Shown in pieces: positions 46,127-54,573 of a stretch of 64,000 nt of DNA (its first letter is position 1; the number at the start of each line of letters is the position of its first letter). Source of the stretch: a virus (lineage: Duplodnaviria > Heunggongvirae > Uroviricota > Caudoviricetes); IMG/VR virus record IMGVR_UViG_3300027808_000017, positions 1 through 64,000 of that record; one strand, written 5' to 3'. The notes beneath the pieces are model-generated. The model did not search any database. It was not told the DNA's origin and was given only the letters and a program-made list of their open reading frames with translations. Both the position numbers and the translations under genes were made by a program.

Positions 46127-48663
46127 GAGCCACTGAATTTATAACTGAATCTAAAACTGTAGAGTACGAAGGCTTAACACTAAAAATAAGTAAACAAGGT
46201 CATGAGTTAATAGTCAATGCCCTTGATGATTGGGGTAATAAAGTATTAGGCCATGTAAGATTCAACATAGGTGATGGTAAAGAATTAGACCCACAAGACC
46301 TTAAAGTTGATGATAAGTATCAAGGTCAAGGCATCGCTAAAGTCATGTATGATTATGTTAAAAGTCTTGGCTATACGATTGCTAGAAGTTATGACCAAAC
46401 TGATGCCGGTGCAGGCTTTTGGAACAAGCATCGCGGAGAAGATGTTCGTATTTGGGAAGCCCGAGCCGGTGGAAAACTGAATAGAAAATACGATTCGGCC
46501 CGTCGAGAAGTTAAAAGCATTTTGAACAGCCCATACATAAACTTAAAAGAGTGGGGTCTGAGCATGACTATGTTGCCCAAACTAGGTATTAATCCTGGCA
46601 AGGGCATCAGCGAGGATACTCCCAAGGGCATTTACTTTTATCCATTAGCGTATGTCAATGATTGGGTCAATGGTTCTGAGGAGTTACCATGGGGTAATGA
46701 TTTCCCATACATACAAGTGTTTCAATACGATACTAGTCATCGAATGACACCGGACACAAAAGTTGATCCTGAGAGATTAAAGGCAACACTGCGTCAATAT
46801 TGTCCTGAAGAAGTTATCAATCAATTAATAGAAGAAGGCACATACAACAATGATCCTTATTGGTTTATTTATAATTGCCTAATTCAAGTAAGCAAGAATG
46901 ATGAATCTACTATTATTCGTTGGAATAAAATATTAAGAGACTTGGGCTTTACTAGTGTTTATGACTATGGCAAGGGCTGGATAGCACACAACGAACCAGA
47001 GCAAGGTATTATCTTAGATCCAAGAATCATCAAGCAGGTTCAAACTTTTAACAACTACACACGTAAGCAAGGTGTAGCGGAGGGCAAGGTCAAACTCTAC
47101 ACAGATCCTGGCTATTTTGGGGCAGAAGTAGATGACACAGGGTTTGATGGCCTACCAGTAGTCAACATACCCACTAATCAACTTGTGGGATTTGAACCAG
47201 ATTCAAAGATGAATCAACCAAAAAGCCGAGCCAATGTTGAAAAAATAGTAGCAGGATTGAAACAAGGTGACAAGTTGCCACCATTGTTGGTTCGCAAATA
47301 TAAAAATGGATATCAAGTATTAGATGGTCATCATAGATTCTGGGCCTATAAATTGTCGGGTACAAAATCTATTCCATCACGAATTGTACCTGATAAAGAT
47401 ATAGAAGAAATCAGTAAACAAGGTGTGGTAGAAAGTGTCAATGACTATCTATGGCACGGGTCTAGGTATAGAAATGAGGTACTAGTACCGCGTCAGGCTA
47501 ATGATACCGGTGGTAAAGAAGAAAGTAATAAAAATGCTATATATGCTACTCCTAGTGCAAAAGTTGCTATAGCAATGGGGCTAACTACTCCTGGATCAGA
47601 TACCGGAATGTTTCCAAACGATCCACAAATGGTACTATTCAAAGGCGGTATTAGAAAAGGTGAAATGGTTTACTTGCACAAGGTACCTAAAGATTTATTC
47701 ATAAAACACAACAGCAGAGAATGGTATAGTAAACCCGATGTAAAAGAAATTACACCTATAGAAGTAGTAACAGTTCCTGTAGACAAATGGTTAAGTTTGA
47801 TTAGAACTGCTACCCCTAAAGATTTAGAATTACAGAAAAAAAACATGAAGAAGCAAGGTGTGGCGGAAGGCTTAGATGATAATAGAGTTAGTTTCAAGGT
47901 ACAAAAAGGTAAAAACAAATTTGCAACTACTTTAAGTGTTGGTGGCGACCCAGTAGGAGTATACCAATATGATGCTGATACAGGTCGTAGCATAGCCGAG
48001 ATTTATCCAGAATTCAAAGGCAAAGGATTAGGTAAATTATTGGTTTTACATGCTATCTATACCGCGGCTAATTTGGGATTAGATTTCCAAGAAGATGAAT
48101 CAAGAACCTCAGAGTATGATAATGTATTAGATAGTTTGAGTAGTAACGGTTATATTGTAGATGACGATGGATATTGGTATGTAACCGGTCAAGGTGAACA
48201 ATATCTACAACAATCATTAAAACAAGGTGTGGCGGAAGGTGATGACAAATTAAAAGATCCAATAGCAAATGCAATATTAGATTTCTATCAACATGCCGGA
48301 CATATTAGCAAAGACCCAATTGATAACTATGTTGGTACTGCAAAAGAATTGCTAAGTCAGGTCAGTGATCCTACAGTCAAATCAAAGATACTAGATATTT
48401 TCAAACAAGCAAAACAAAGCCCATATGTTCAAGGTGGAGTTGTTACAACTATTGGTGCATTACTTGCCGGTGGAGTATTAAGTTCAGCACAGAAAATGGG
48501 ATTGAGTCCAGCGCAAACTAACTTAGTGTTACAAGCGATACTAAATACAGTTATACCTACTGTGGTGTCCAGGATCAATGGAAAGAGTTGGAGTGACACA
48601 GTTAAGTACACACTAGCAAGTGCAGGCATTGGTACTGGCATTGCTGGTATGATGGAGGAATAA
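46123..48663 (+). CDS. large multidomain protein: GNAT-like / ParB-like nuclease domain / second GNAT-like, with KQGVAEG linker repeats and hydrophobic C-terminus
   Basis: GNAT motif A-like YQGQGIAKVMYDYV and KGKGLGKLLVLHAIY; ParB/Srx motif GYQVLDGHHRFWAYKL; start at MRATEFITES (GGGGGAAG RBS). Confidence 0.5.
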   Translation: MRATEFITESKTVEYEGLTLKISKQGHELIVNALDDWGNKVLGHVRFNIGDGKELDPQDLKVDDKYQGQGIAKVMYDYVKSLGYTIARSYDQTDAGAGFWNKHRGEDVRIWEARAGGKLNRKYDSARREVKSILNSPYINLKEWGLSMTMLPKLGINPGKGISEDTPKGIYFYPLAYVNDWVNGSEELPWGNDFPYIQVFQYDTSHRMTPDTKVDPERLKATLRQYCPEEVINQLIEEGTYNNDPYWFIYNCLIQVSKNDESTIIRWNKILRDLGFTSVYDYGKGWIAHNEPEQGIILDPRIIKQVQTFNNYTRKQGVAEGKVKLYTDPGYFGAEVDDTGFDGLPVVNIPTNQLVGFEPDSKMNQPKSRANVEKIVAGLKQGDKLPPLLVRKYKNGYQVLDGHHRFWAYKLSGTKSIPSRIVPDKDIEEISKQGVVESVNDYLWHGSRYRNEVLVPRQANDTGGKEESNKNAIYATPSAKVAIAMGLTTPGSDTGMFPNDPQMVLFKGGIRKGEMVYLHKVPKDLFIKHNSREWYSKPDVKEITPIEVVTVPVDKWLSLIRTATPKDLELQKKNMKKQGVAEGLDDNRVSFKVQKGKNKFATTLSVGGDPVGVYQYDADTGRSIAEIYPEFKGKGLGKLLVLHAIYTAANLGLDFQEDESRTSEYDNVLDSLSSNGYIVDDDGYWYVTGQGEQYLQQSLKQGVAEGDDKLKDPIANAILDFYQHAGHISKDPIDNYVGTAKELLSQVSDPTVKSKILDIFKQAKQSPYVQGGVVTTIGALLAGGVLSSAQKMGLSPAQTNLVLQAILNTVIPTVVSRINGKSWSDTVKYTLASAGIGTGIAGMMEE
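47065..48240 (+). repeat. three copies of a ~20-nt intragenic direct repeat encoding KQGVAEG
   Basis: AAGCAAGGTGTAGCGGAGGGC at 47065-47085, AAGCAAGGTGTGGCGGAAGG at 47851-47870, AACAAGGTGTGGCGGAAGGT at 48221-48240. Confidence 0.7.
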
Positions 48664-48986
48664 TGGCATATTCAGAAAAAGTAATTGACCAAATAGTAAA
48701 AGAACACAATGTTGTGTTGTTTATGAAGGGGACCGCACAATTTCCCATGTGTGGATTTTCGGGCAAAGCTATACAACTGCTGAATGAATGCGATTCAGAC
48801 TTTGATGTATTCACTGTAAATGTGCTTGATGATAATGACATTCGACAAAGTATCAAAGAATACAGTAATTGGCCGACCATTCCTCAATTGTATGTCAATG
48901 GTGAGTTCATCGGCGGATCTGACATCTTGATCGAAATGCACGAATCAGGTGAATTACAACAATTATTAAAAAACAAGGAGTCATAA
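48663..48986 (+). CDS. monothiol glutaredoxin (Grx4/GrxD type)
   Basis: FMKGTAQFPMCGFSGKA: CGFS active site; 107 aa. Confidence 0.8.
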   Translation: MAYSEKVIDQIVKEHNVVLFMKGTAQFPMCGFSGKAIQLLNECDSDFDVFTVNVLDDNDIRQSIKEYSNWPTIPQLYVNGEFIGGSDILIEMHESGELQQLLKNKES

Positions 48987-48989
48987 TTT

Positions 48990-49018
48990 ATGGCATATTC
49001 AGAAAAAGTAATTGACCA
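48990..49018 (+). repeat. 29-bp exact direct repeat of the first 29 nt of the grx CDS (copy at 48663-48691)
   Basis: ATGGCATATTCAGAAAAAGTAATTGACCA present at both positions; second copy opens a 16-codon remnant ORF. Confidence 0.85.
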
Positions 49019-49078
49019 CTACGCAGTTATGATAGAATAATAATGCACACAACCGGGTGCACCTAGATAAATACTTGT

Positions 49079-49675
49079 ATGAAAAACAAATATGGTCTAA
49101 GTAAGGTGTGCTTTTTTTGTGAATCTAGTTTTATAACTAAACCTAGATTTATAGATTACTGTTCACAAAAATGTAAAAATCCTCTTAACAGGGGAGAATA
49201 TGATCCCTGGAATAAAGGTATCAAACTTACAGATGAACAAAAAGCAAAACAAAATACAGACGGGCTCAAAAAAGGATGGGGATGGAACAAGGGCGGAACT
49301 AATGAAGCGGCACGCCAGCGTATGCTAGTCAATAATCCAAATAAAGATGGAAGGTTAAACAATCTTAGACCAAAAAATCCAATTACAGAACCCCTTAAAA
49401 TATATCGTAGTAAGGTTAGGTACCATACATATAGAACTCTTAAAGAAATGAGAGCAAACGGTGAGTGGGTTCCAAAAACTGGTAAGTATAAAGACAGTTG
49501 GCAAATTGACCATATTATTCCACACAAACAAGGTTTTGAATTAAGAATAGATCCTTCAGTACTTGGTGGAAAAAAGAATATACAATTTATTAAAGGCGAA
49601 GAAAACAGAAAAAAATGGGATAGTTATCAACCCATTGAAATAGTAGAGTCTATTACAGGAGGTAATTATGTATAG
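49079..49675 (+). CDS. putative HNH endonuclease
   Basis: N-terminal Cys cluster CFFC...C..C; WQIDHIIPHKQG...N...N consistent with HNH core. Confidence 0.45.
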   Translation: MKNKYGLSKVCFFCESSFITKPRFIDYCSQKCKNPLNRGEYDPWNKGIKLTDEQKAKQNTDGLKKGWGWNKGGTNEAARQRMLVNNPNKDGRLNNLRPKNPITEPLKIYRSKVRYHTYRTLKEMRANGEWVPKTGKYKDSWQIDHIIPHKQGFELRIDPSVLGGKKNIQFIKGEENRKKWDSYQPIEIVESITGGNYV

Positions 49676-50051
49676 TGCAAAAGTGTTAGATCATTATGAG
49701 AACCCTAGGAACGCAGGAAGTTTTTCCAAAGATGAAGAAAATATAGGTACGGGATTAGTAGGAGCCCCGGCGTGTGGTGACCTAATGAAACTACAAATAA
49801 GAGTAGAGAATGGCATTATTACAGATGCACGTTTTAAAACGTATGGATGTGGATCGGCAATTGCAAGTAGTTCTCTAGTCACAGAGTGGGTTAAAGGCAA
49901 GACATTAGACGAGGCAGCAACTATTAAAAATTCAGAAATTGCTGAGGAACTTGCATTACCCCCAGTTAAGATACATTGTAGTATCTTAGCAGAAGATGCT
50001 ATCAAAGCCGCAGTAGAAGATTATAAAAAGAAACATGATATCATTATCTGA
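49668..50051 (+). CDS. iscU: Fe-S cluster assembly scaffold IscU
   Basis: YENPRNAGSF, GAPACGD, YGCGSAIASS, LPPVKIHCS (three conserved Cys + LPPVK). Confidence 0.85.
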   Translation: MYSAKVLDHYENPRNAGSFSKDEENIGTGLVGAPACGDLMKLQIRVENGIITDARFKTYGCGSAIASSSLVTEWVKGKTLDEAATIKNSEIAEELALPPVKIHCSILAEDAIKAAVEDYKKKHDIII

Positions 50052-50358
50052 CAAAGCAAAAACAAAAATAGAAACTCTATTAAAGAGTTCTCAACATGTT
50101 GGGATTCGTATAGGGGTGAAAACAACTGGTTGTAGTGGATTAGCATATGTATTAGAATATGTAAAAGAATATGTTAGTGATCCTACTACTATCAATTACG
50201 CTCAACCTAACTTTTGTGTATTAGTAGATAAAAAGCATAATGTATATTTAGAAGGTCTTACGATGGATTATGTCCGTAATGGACTAAATGAGGGGTTTGA
50301 GTTTAGCAACCCGAATGAACGTGACCGCTGTGGATGCGGAGAAAGTTTTAGAGTATGA
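50035..50358 (+). CDS. A-type Fe-S carrier (IscA/HesB family)
   Basis: GCSGLAY ... CGCGESF C-terminal signature. Confidence 0.7.
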   Translation: MISLSDKAKTKIETLLKSSQHVGIRIGVKTTGCSGLAYVLEYVKEYVSDPTTINYAQPNFCVLVDKKHNVYLEGLTMDYVRNGLNEGFEFSNPNERDRCGCGESFRV

Positions 50359-50678
50359 TAACAATTACAGAATCAGCAAGTATCAAAATAGCAGATATTA
50401 TTGCGGAAGAAAACAACCCTGACTTAAAGTTACGTATGTTTGTCCAGGGCGGGGGATGCTCAGGATTCAGCTATGGATTTACGTTAGAGGAGATAAAAAA
50501 TGAAGATGACTTTGAATTTGAAGCTGGTGCCACAAGTGTCCTGGTCGATGCAATGTCGGCTCAATATCTTCAAGGGGCTGAGGTTGATTACGTAGAAGAC
50601 TTAATGGGGGCAGAATTCAAGATAAAGAACCCCACAGCTACTAGTACTTGCGGATGCGGGAGTTCCTTTTCGGTTTAA
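50355..50678 (+). CDS. A-type Fe-S carrier (IscA/ErpA family)
   Basis: [21 protein letters not shown] ... CGCGSSFSV. Confidence 0.8.
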   Translation: MITITESASIKIADIIAEENNPDLKLRMFVQGGGCSGFSYGFTLEEIKNEDDFEFEAGATSVLVDAMSAQYLQGAEVDYVEDLMGAEFKIKNPTATSTCGCGSSFSV

Positions 50679-50702
50679 GATAAATACTAGACAAGGATTA
50701 TC

Positions 50703-52751
50703 ATGGCAATTTTAGGACAAGCAAACATATTAGTAGGAGTAGAAAATCAAGCTACTGGTAGTGATAGCATCTACACCGCATTCAATAAAGTAGTTGACAA
50801 CTTTGACACGTTATTCACCTATTCCAGCCCGTTCAATACATTTAATAGTGGTAACGGGATCACAGCAACCCCATTTAGTAGCAACGGATCAGTATTCTTT
50901 GAAAACACAGGAGTAACTAGTTTAATTGCCGGTACTGGAATCACTATATCATCTCAAACAGGAGAAATTGTTATTTCTTCTGCCGGTGGGGAGGGAATGT
51001 CAGGTGTCACTAGTGTTGGAATATCAAGTATTTCGTTAGATGTAAGTGATTCTCCTATCGTCAGTTCAGGATTAATTAGAGTAGAATTACCTACAATTGA
51101 AACAGGCCTTGGATTTGAACCGGGTGACTATATTACACCCGCACTTACCGTAGATGCATACGGTCGTATTACTAGTATTTCTAATACCTCTACGTCAGGT
51201 ACAGTAACCAGCATAGCACTAGATACAGTTGGTGATGGCATTGGCATAACCGGAGGTCCGATAACAGATAATGGAACGATTGTTATTACTAACACAGGCG
51301 TTACCAGAATAAATGCAGGAAATGGAATTGAATTAAGTGGTAGTACCGGAAACGTGACTATCAATTCTACACTTAGAGGTGTTGGTGTTGTTAGTAGAGT
51401 AGATGTTGATAGTACTACACTGACAGTACTGAACAGTCCAATAACATCATCAGGAACAATTACAGTTGATATTCCAGATGACATCTCGTTAGCTGGAAAT
51501 CTTATTGCAAATACTATCACTAGCAACTCCACAGCAACAATTACAGGTAATATTACTGTGGGTAATATTACCTCTACTGGTACAATTACTTCATTAGGTG
51601 GAAATATTTTATTAGGAGCTAATCTAGTAATTACTACCTTAAGTGGCACGGGCGGACCATCTAATATTCTTACTATTGGGTTTACTACTCAACCAAGAAT
51701 ACCGTTTGTACCAGGTGCTATCATTACCATTACCGGAACAACACCAACTACTTACAATGGATCTTACACAGTAATCACAGGTACTACAAGTGCAGTAACT
51801 GTGACTAGTTCAGTATCAACAGCAGTAGTTACAAAAGGTAGAATCATTGGTGGAGGTGATATAATTAGTAATGGATTTGTTACGGTATCTGCTAACATTA
51901 CTAGTGCAAACGTGATAGCTACTACAGCATTGCAGGCACCCAAAGTTAATATTACAGGTAATGTATCATCCTCTGCATGGGGTACAAGTGGAATAGGTTT
52001 AGTTGTGTCAGCAAATACATATACTGATGCCTCTACTGCAGGTTCAGGCACAGTCGCAAGTGCTTCAATCAACGTGATAAATATACCAACTATTACAGCA
52101 AGTAATCTTGCAGTAACCGTCACTAAAGCATCGTCATTATATATTGCAGGTGCACCTGCTGCCGGTGCTAATATTACATTAACCAATTCATATGCATTGC
52201 AAGTGGCTGCTGGGCCTGTACAGATTGATACATCTACTGCCGCAACATCAGCCACGACCGGCGCACTAAGAGTTGCCGGTGGTGTAGGTATCAGTGGTGC
52301 TTTATATGCAGGAGGCGGAATAGCTAGTGCAAACACTACATCCGGTTCTCTAGTGGTTACCGGTGGACTAGGTGTTAGTGGTGATACATATCACGGTGGT
52401 AGTGTCCTTATTTCAGGAACAGGCGGGCTAGGGTACGGAACTGGATCTGGTGGAACAGTTACGCAAGCTACAAGCCGAACAACCGGTGTAACTATTAATA
52501 AAACAAACGGTGCTATTGTTCTTATTTCCGGAGCAGGTTCTACCGGGTGGCAATCATTCACTGTGACTAATAGTACAGTGGTAGCTACTGATGTAGTTCA
52601 TGTTTCTCAAAAATCAGGTACGGATCTTTATCAAATATTTGTTACTGCTATAGCAGCCGGTAGCTTTCGAATAACATATGCAACTACTGCAGGCTCAACT
52701 ACTGAGCAACCGGTATTTAATTTCGCTGTCGTAAAAGCAGTAACAGCATAA
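50703..52751 (+). CDS. tail-fibre-like structural protein (Thr/Gly/Ser/Ile-rich repeats)
   Basis: 682 aa; repeated NTGVT(S/R)(L/I)xAGxGIxxSxxTGxVxI units. Confidence 0.5.
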   Translation: MAILGQANILVGVENQATGSDSIYTAFNKVVDNFDTLFTYSSPFNTFNSGNGITATPFSSNGSVFFENTGVTSLIAGTGITISSQTGEIVISSAGGEGMSGVTSVGISSISLDVSDSPIVSSGLIRVELPTIETGLGFEPGDYITPALTVDAYGRITSISNTSTSGTVTSIALDTVGDGIGITGGPITDNGTIVITNTGVTRINAGNGIELSGSTGNVTINSTLRGVGVVSRVDVDSTTLTVLNSPITSSGTITVDIPDDISLAGNLIANTITSNSTATITGNITVGNITSTGTITSLGGNILLGANLVITTLSGTGGPSNILTIGFTTQPRIPFVPGAIITITGTTPTTYNGSYTVITGTTSAVTVTSSVSTAVVTKGRIIGGGDIISNGFVTVSANITSANVIATTALQAPKVNITGNVSSSAWGTSGIGLVVSANTYTDASTAGSGTVASASINVINIPTITASNLAVTVTKASSLYIAGAPAAGANITLTNSYALQVAAGPVQIDTSTAATSATTGALRVAGGVGISGALYAGGGIASANTTSGSLVVTGGLGVSGDTYHGGSVLISGTGGLGYGTGSGGTVTQATSRTTGVTINKTNGAIVLISGAGSTGWQSFTVTNSTVVATDVVHVSQKSGTDLYQIFVTAIAAGSFRITYATTAGSTTEQPVFNFAVVKAVTA

Positions 52752-52778
52752 AAAAAGCCCCTTAAGGGGCTTTTTTGT
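52752..52778. terminator. bidirectional rho-independent terminator between convergent genes
   Basis: AAAAAAAGCCCCTT-AA-GGGGCTTTTTTG. Confidence 0.75.
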
Positions 52779-53011
52779 TATATAAAATTCTTTATATCTA
52801 GCTTGGATAGCATGTGGTCTGTGTATTTTGAATGACACATTGTAATGATATCTTCATAGGGCCATTCTAAATAAAACGGACATCCGGTTCGCCACTTGCT
52901 ATTTGTTCTAAAATAAGCCAACTCATACAAGTCTGCTTTATTTGAAGGATCAAACTTACGGCGCTTAAGTGATATCTCACTTAATGTTGTCCAATTATCG
53001 TATGCTGGCAT
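52778..53011 (-). CDS. hypothetical protein
   Basis: 77 aa. Confidence 0.45.
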   Translation of the reverse strand: MPAYDNWTTLSEISLKRRKFDPSNKADLYELAYFRTNSKWRTGCPFYLEWPYEDIITMCHSKYTDHMLSKLDIKNFI

Positions 53012-53014
53012 TTA

Positions 53015-53203
53015 TCAATCACGTTCCATTTTGCTGGCTTCTACTATGACTGCATTTACTTCTTCCAAAGTAGGGCACATAATCTTAGCAGATTTCCAAT
53101 CATCATCATGGTCACGACCGGACACTTCAACCATGTAGCCGTTATCATAAAAATAAACAGTTACACTGTCACCGGCTTTTTTCAATTTATCACTTAATTT
53201 CAT
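53015..53203 (-). CDS. hypothetical protein
   Basis: 62 aa. Confidence 0.4.
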   Translation of the reverse strand: MKLSDKLKKAGDSVTVYFYDNGYMVEVSGRDHDDDWKSAKIMCPTLEEVNAVIVEASKMERD

Positions 53204-53230
53204 TTTGTTTCCTTATTGTAAATGGGTATA

Positions 53231-53254
53231 GGCGCCGTAGCGCCTTTTGTTATT
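53231..53254 (+). terminator. hairpin + T-run (plus-strand orientation) immediately 3' of a minus-strand gene
   Basis: GGCGC-CGTA-GCGCC TTTTGTTATT. Confidence 0.3.
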
Positions 53255-53636
53255 AAACGGTTGCGACACCGACTTCTGCCAACAGTTGTTCAGCAGACAC
53301 TTCTTTCTTACCACGAGCCTTGATGTTAGCAAGACTAGGCTTTGCGGCTTTAGTAGTACGCACTTTAACAGTGCCCTTGCTTGCCTCTTTAACACGATCA
53401 GCCAATGCATCACTGATTGTTGCTTGATCACCAGCAGATTGGAAATCTGCATGAGCGGTCAAATAATTGAGTGCCTCAACCTTAGTCATCTCAGAGGGCA
53501 ACTCAATCAGGTCGATACGTGTAGCACCGCCCTTAGAGAATTGTTTGACACGGCGAACCATGTCATCTGTAAAACGGACCTTAGCGTTACCGTTGTGAAT
53601 TGTAATACCTGCAACTTTAAAAGTTTGATTAGCCAT
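53253..53636 (-). CDS. hypothetical protein (128 aa)
   Basis: start at MANQTFKV after AAAGGAATACAA; track ORF starts further upstream. Confidence 0.45.
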   Translation of the reverse strand: MANQTFKVAGITIHNGNAKVRFTDDMVRRVKQFSKGGATRIDLIELPSEMTKVEALNYLTAHADFQSAGDQATISDALADRVKEASKGTVKVRTTKAAKPSLANIKARGKKEVSAEQLLAEVGVATV

Positions 53637-53750
53637 TTGTATTCCTTTAAAAAATATAGCTAGTTGAAAAAATATGCTTTTCAGCACAGTTATAATGATA
53701 ACACAAAGGGTTATTAATGTCAACCATTTGTGTTACCAAAATCTTTTTAA

Positions 53751-54161
53751 TTAACCCACAATGTAGGGCTTGTTCCATTTGCCGATGTGTACTTCAACAT
53801 ACCAACCTACGTTAAAATAGTCGGATTGGATATCGCTCTTGTCCCAATTACCATCGTTCATTGCTTCCATTACTTCGGTCAAGAATGCCTTAGCATCACC
53901 GTCATAGTGTTCATGGAACCAGTAAGGATTGATAGAATCGTAAGCATTTGTGTTAGGCTTGAAACCTTGTGCAACCTGATAAAAATTATTACCGCACACA
54001 CGATTAGAGTTTGCGATAAAGTCAATTTTACCTGACTTTAAGGTCAATGACAATGTAGAATGATGACGGACACTCAGTGAACCCTTGATACCATACTTGT
54101 TAAGAATGGATTTAACTTTAGGGGCGATTTCTGATTTACGTTCCTGAGACATATAAGCCAT
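53751..54161 (-). CDS. hypothetical early protein
   Basis: 136 aa downstream of family promoter. Confidence 0.5.
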   Translation of the reverse strand: MAYMSQERKSEIAPKVKSILNKYGIKGSLSVRHHSTLSLTLKSGKIDFIANSNRVCGNNFYQVAQGFKPNTNAYDSINPYWFHEHYDGDAKAFLTEVMEAMNDGNWDKSDIQSDYFNVGWYVEVHIGKWNKPYIVG

Positions 54162-54194
54162 TTGTTACTCCTTGTTTCGACTGTTTAAGATTCT

Positions 54195-54223
54195 ATTATA
54201 TACCCAAATCCATTTACTGTCAA
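54195..54223 (-). promoter_or_regulatory. sigma70-type early promoter (family member, minus strand)
   Basis: revcomp TTGACAGTAAATGGATTTGGGTA TATAAT + UTR AGAATCTTAAACAG. Confidence 0.65.
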
Positions 54224-54228
54224 CCGTT

Positions 54229-54360
54229 TTACTGTTCCATCGGATCATTAAGAATATATTCGGAAATATATTCTACTACAAAAGTTTTACCTTTGTGCAA
54301 TTTGAGATATTCACCTAGGGACTCTGCACTGCGAAAAATATAACTGTTAATGCGAAACAT
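54229..54360 (-). CDS. small early protein (43 aa, not in ORF track)
   Basis: MFRINSYIFRSAESLGEYLKLHKGKTFVVEYISEYILNDPMEQ after UTR ...TTGATTGATTAAAGGAGTGTAT. Confidence 0.4.
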   Translation of the reverse strand: MFRINSYIFRSAESLGEYLKLHKGKTFVVEYISEYILNDPMEQ

Positions 54361-54380
54361 ATACACTCCTTTAATCAATC

Positions 54381-54409
54381 AATAAAAGTATTATATACCC
54401 GAATCCATT
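54381..54409 (-). promoter_or_regulatory. sigma70-type early promoter (family member, minus strand)
   Basis: revcomp TTGACA-ATAAATGGATTCGGGTA-TATAAT. Confidence 0.65.
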
Positions 54410-54573
54410 TATTGTCAAATTTTGGCTAATTTCTTTTTAGTGTGTCAGAGTTCTAGGCCTATATCAGAATCGGTCCTAGAGCACCTGACACACAAATGAA
54501 TACTCAAGTATTCATTTTTATTAAGAAGTTATATATAAAAAAACCCTACAAGGTTAATACTTTACTTTTAGTT

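Noticed and set aside
49079-49675. Group I intron or intein associated with the HNH and GIY-YIG genes
   Set aside because: No interrupted host gene was found. Ligase, DnaK, ClpX and IscU are full-length and collinear. The endonuclease genes appear free-standing.
51128-52336. Minus-strand ORFs 51128-51649 and 51764-52336
   Set aside because: They are antisense to the tail-fibre-like gene. The low-complexity Thr/Gly/Val-rich repeats create long open antisense frames.
53247-53663. Plus-strand ORF 53247-53663
   Set aside because: It is antisense to the minus-strand gene 53253-53636, which has an RBS and terminator context.
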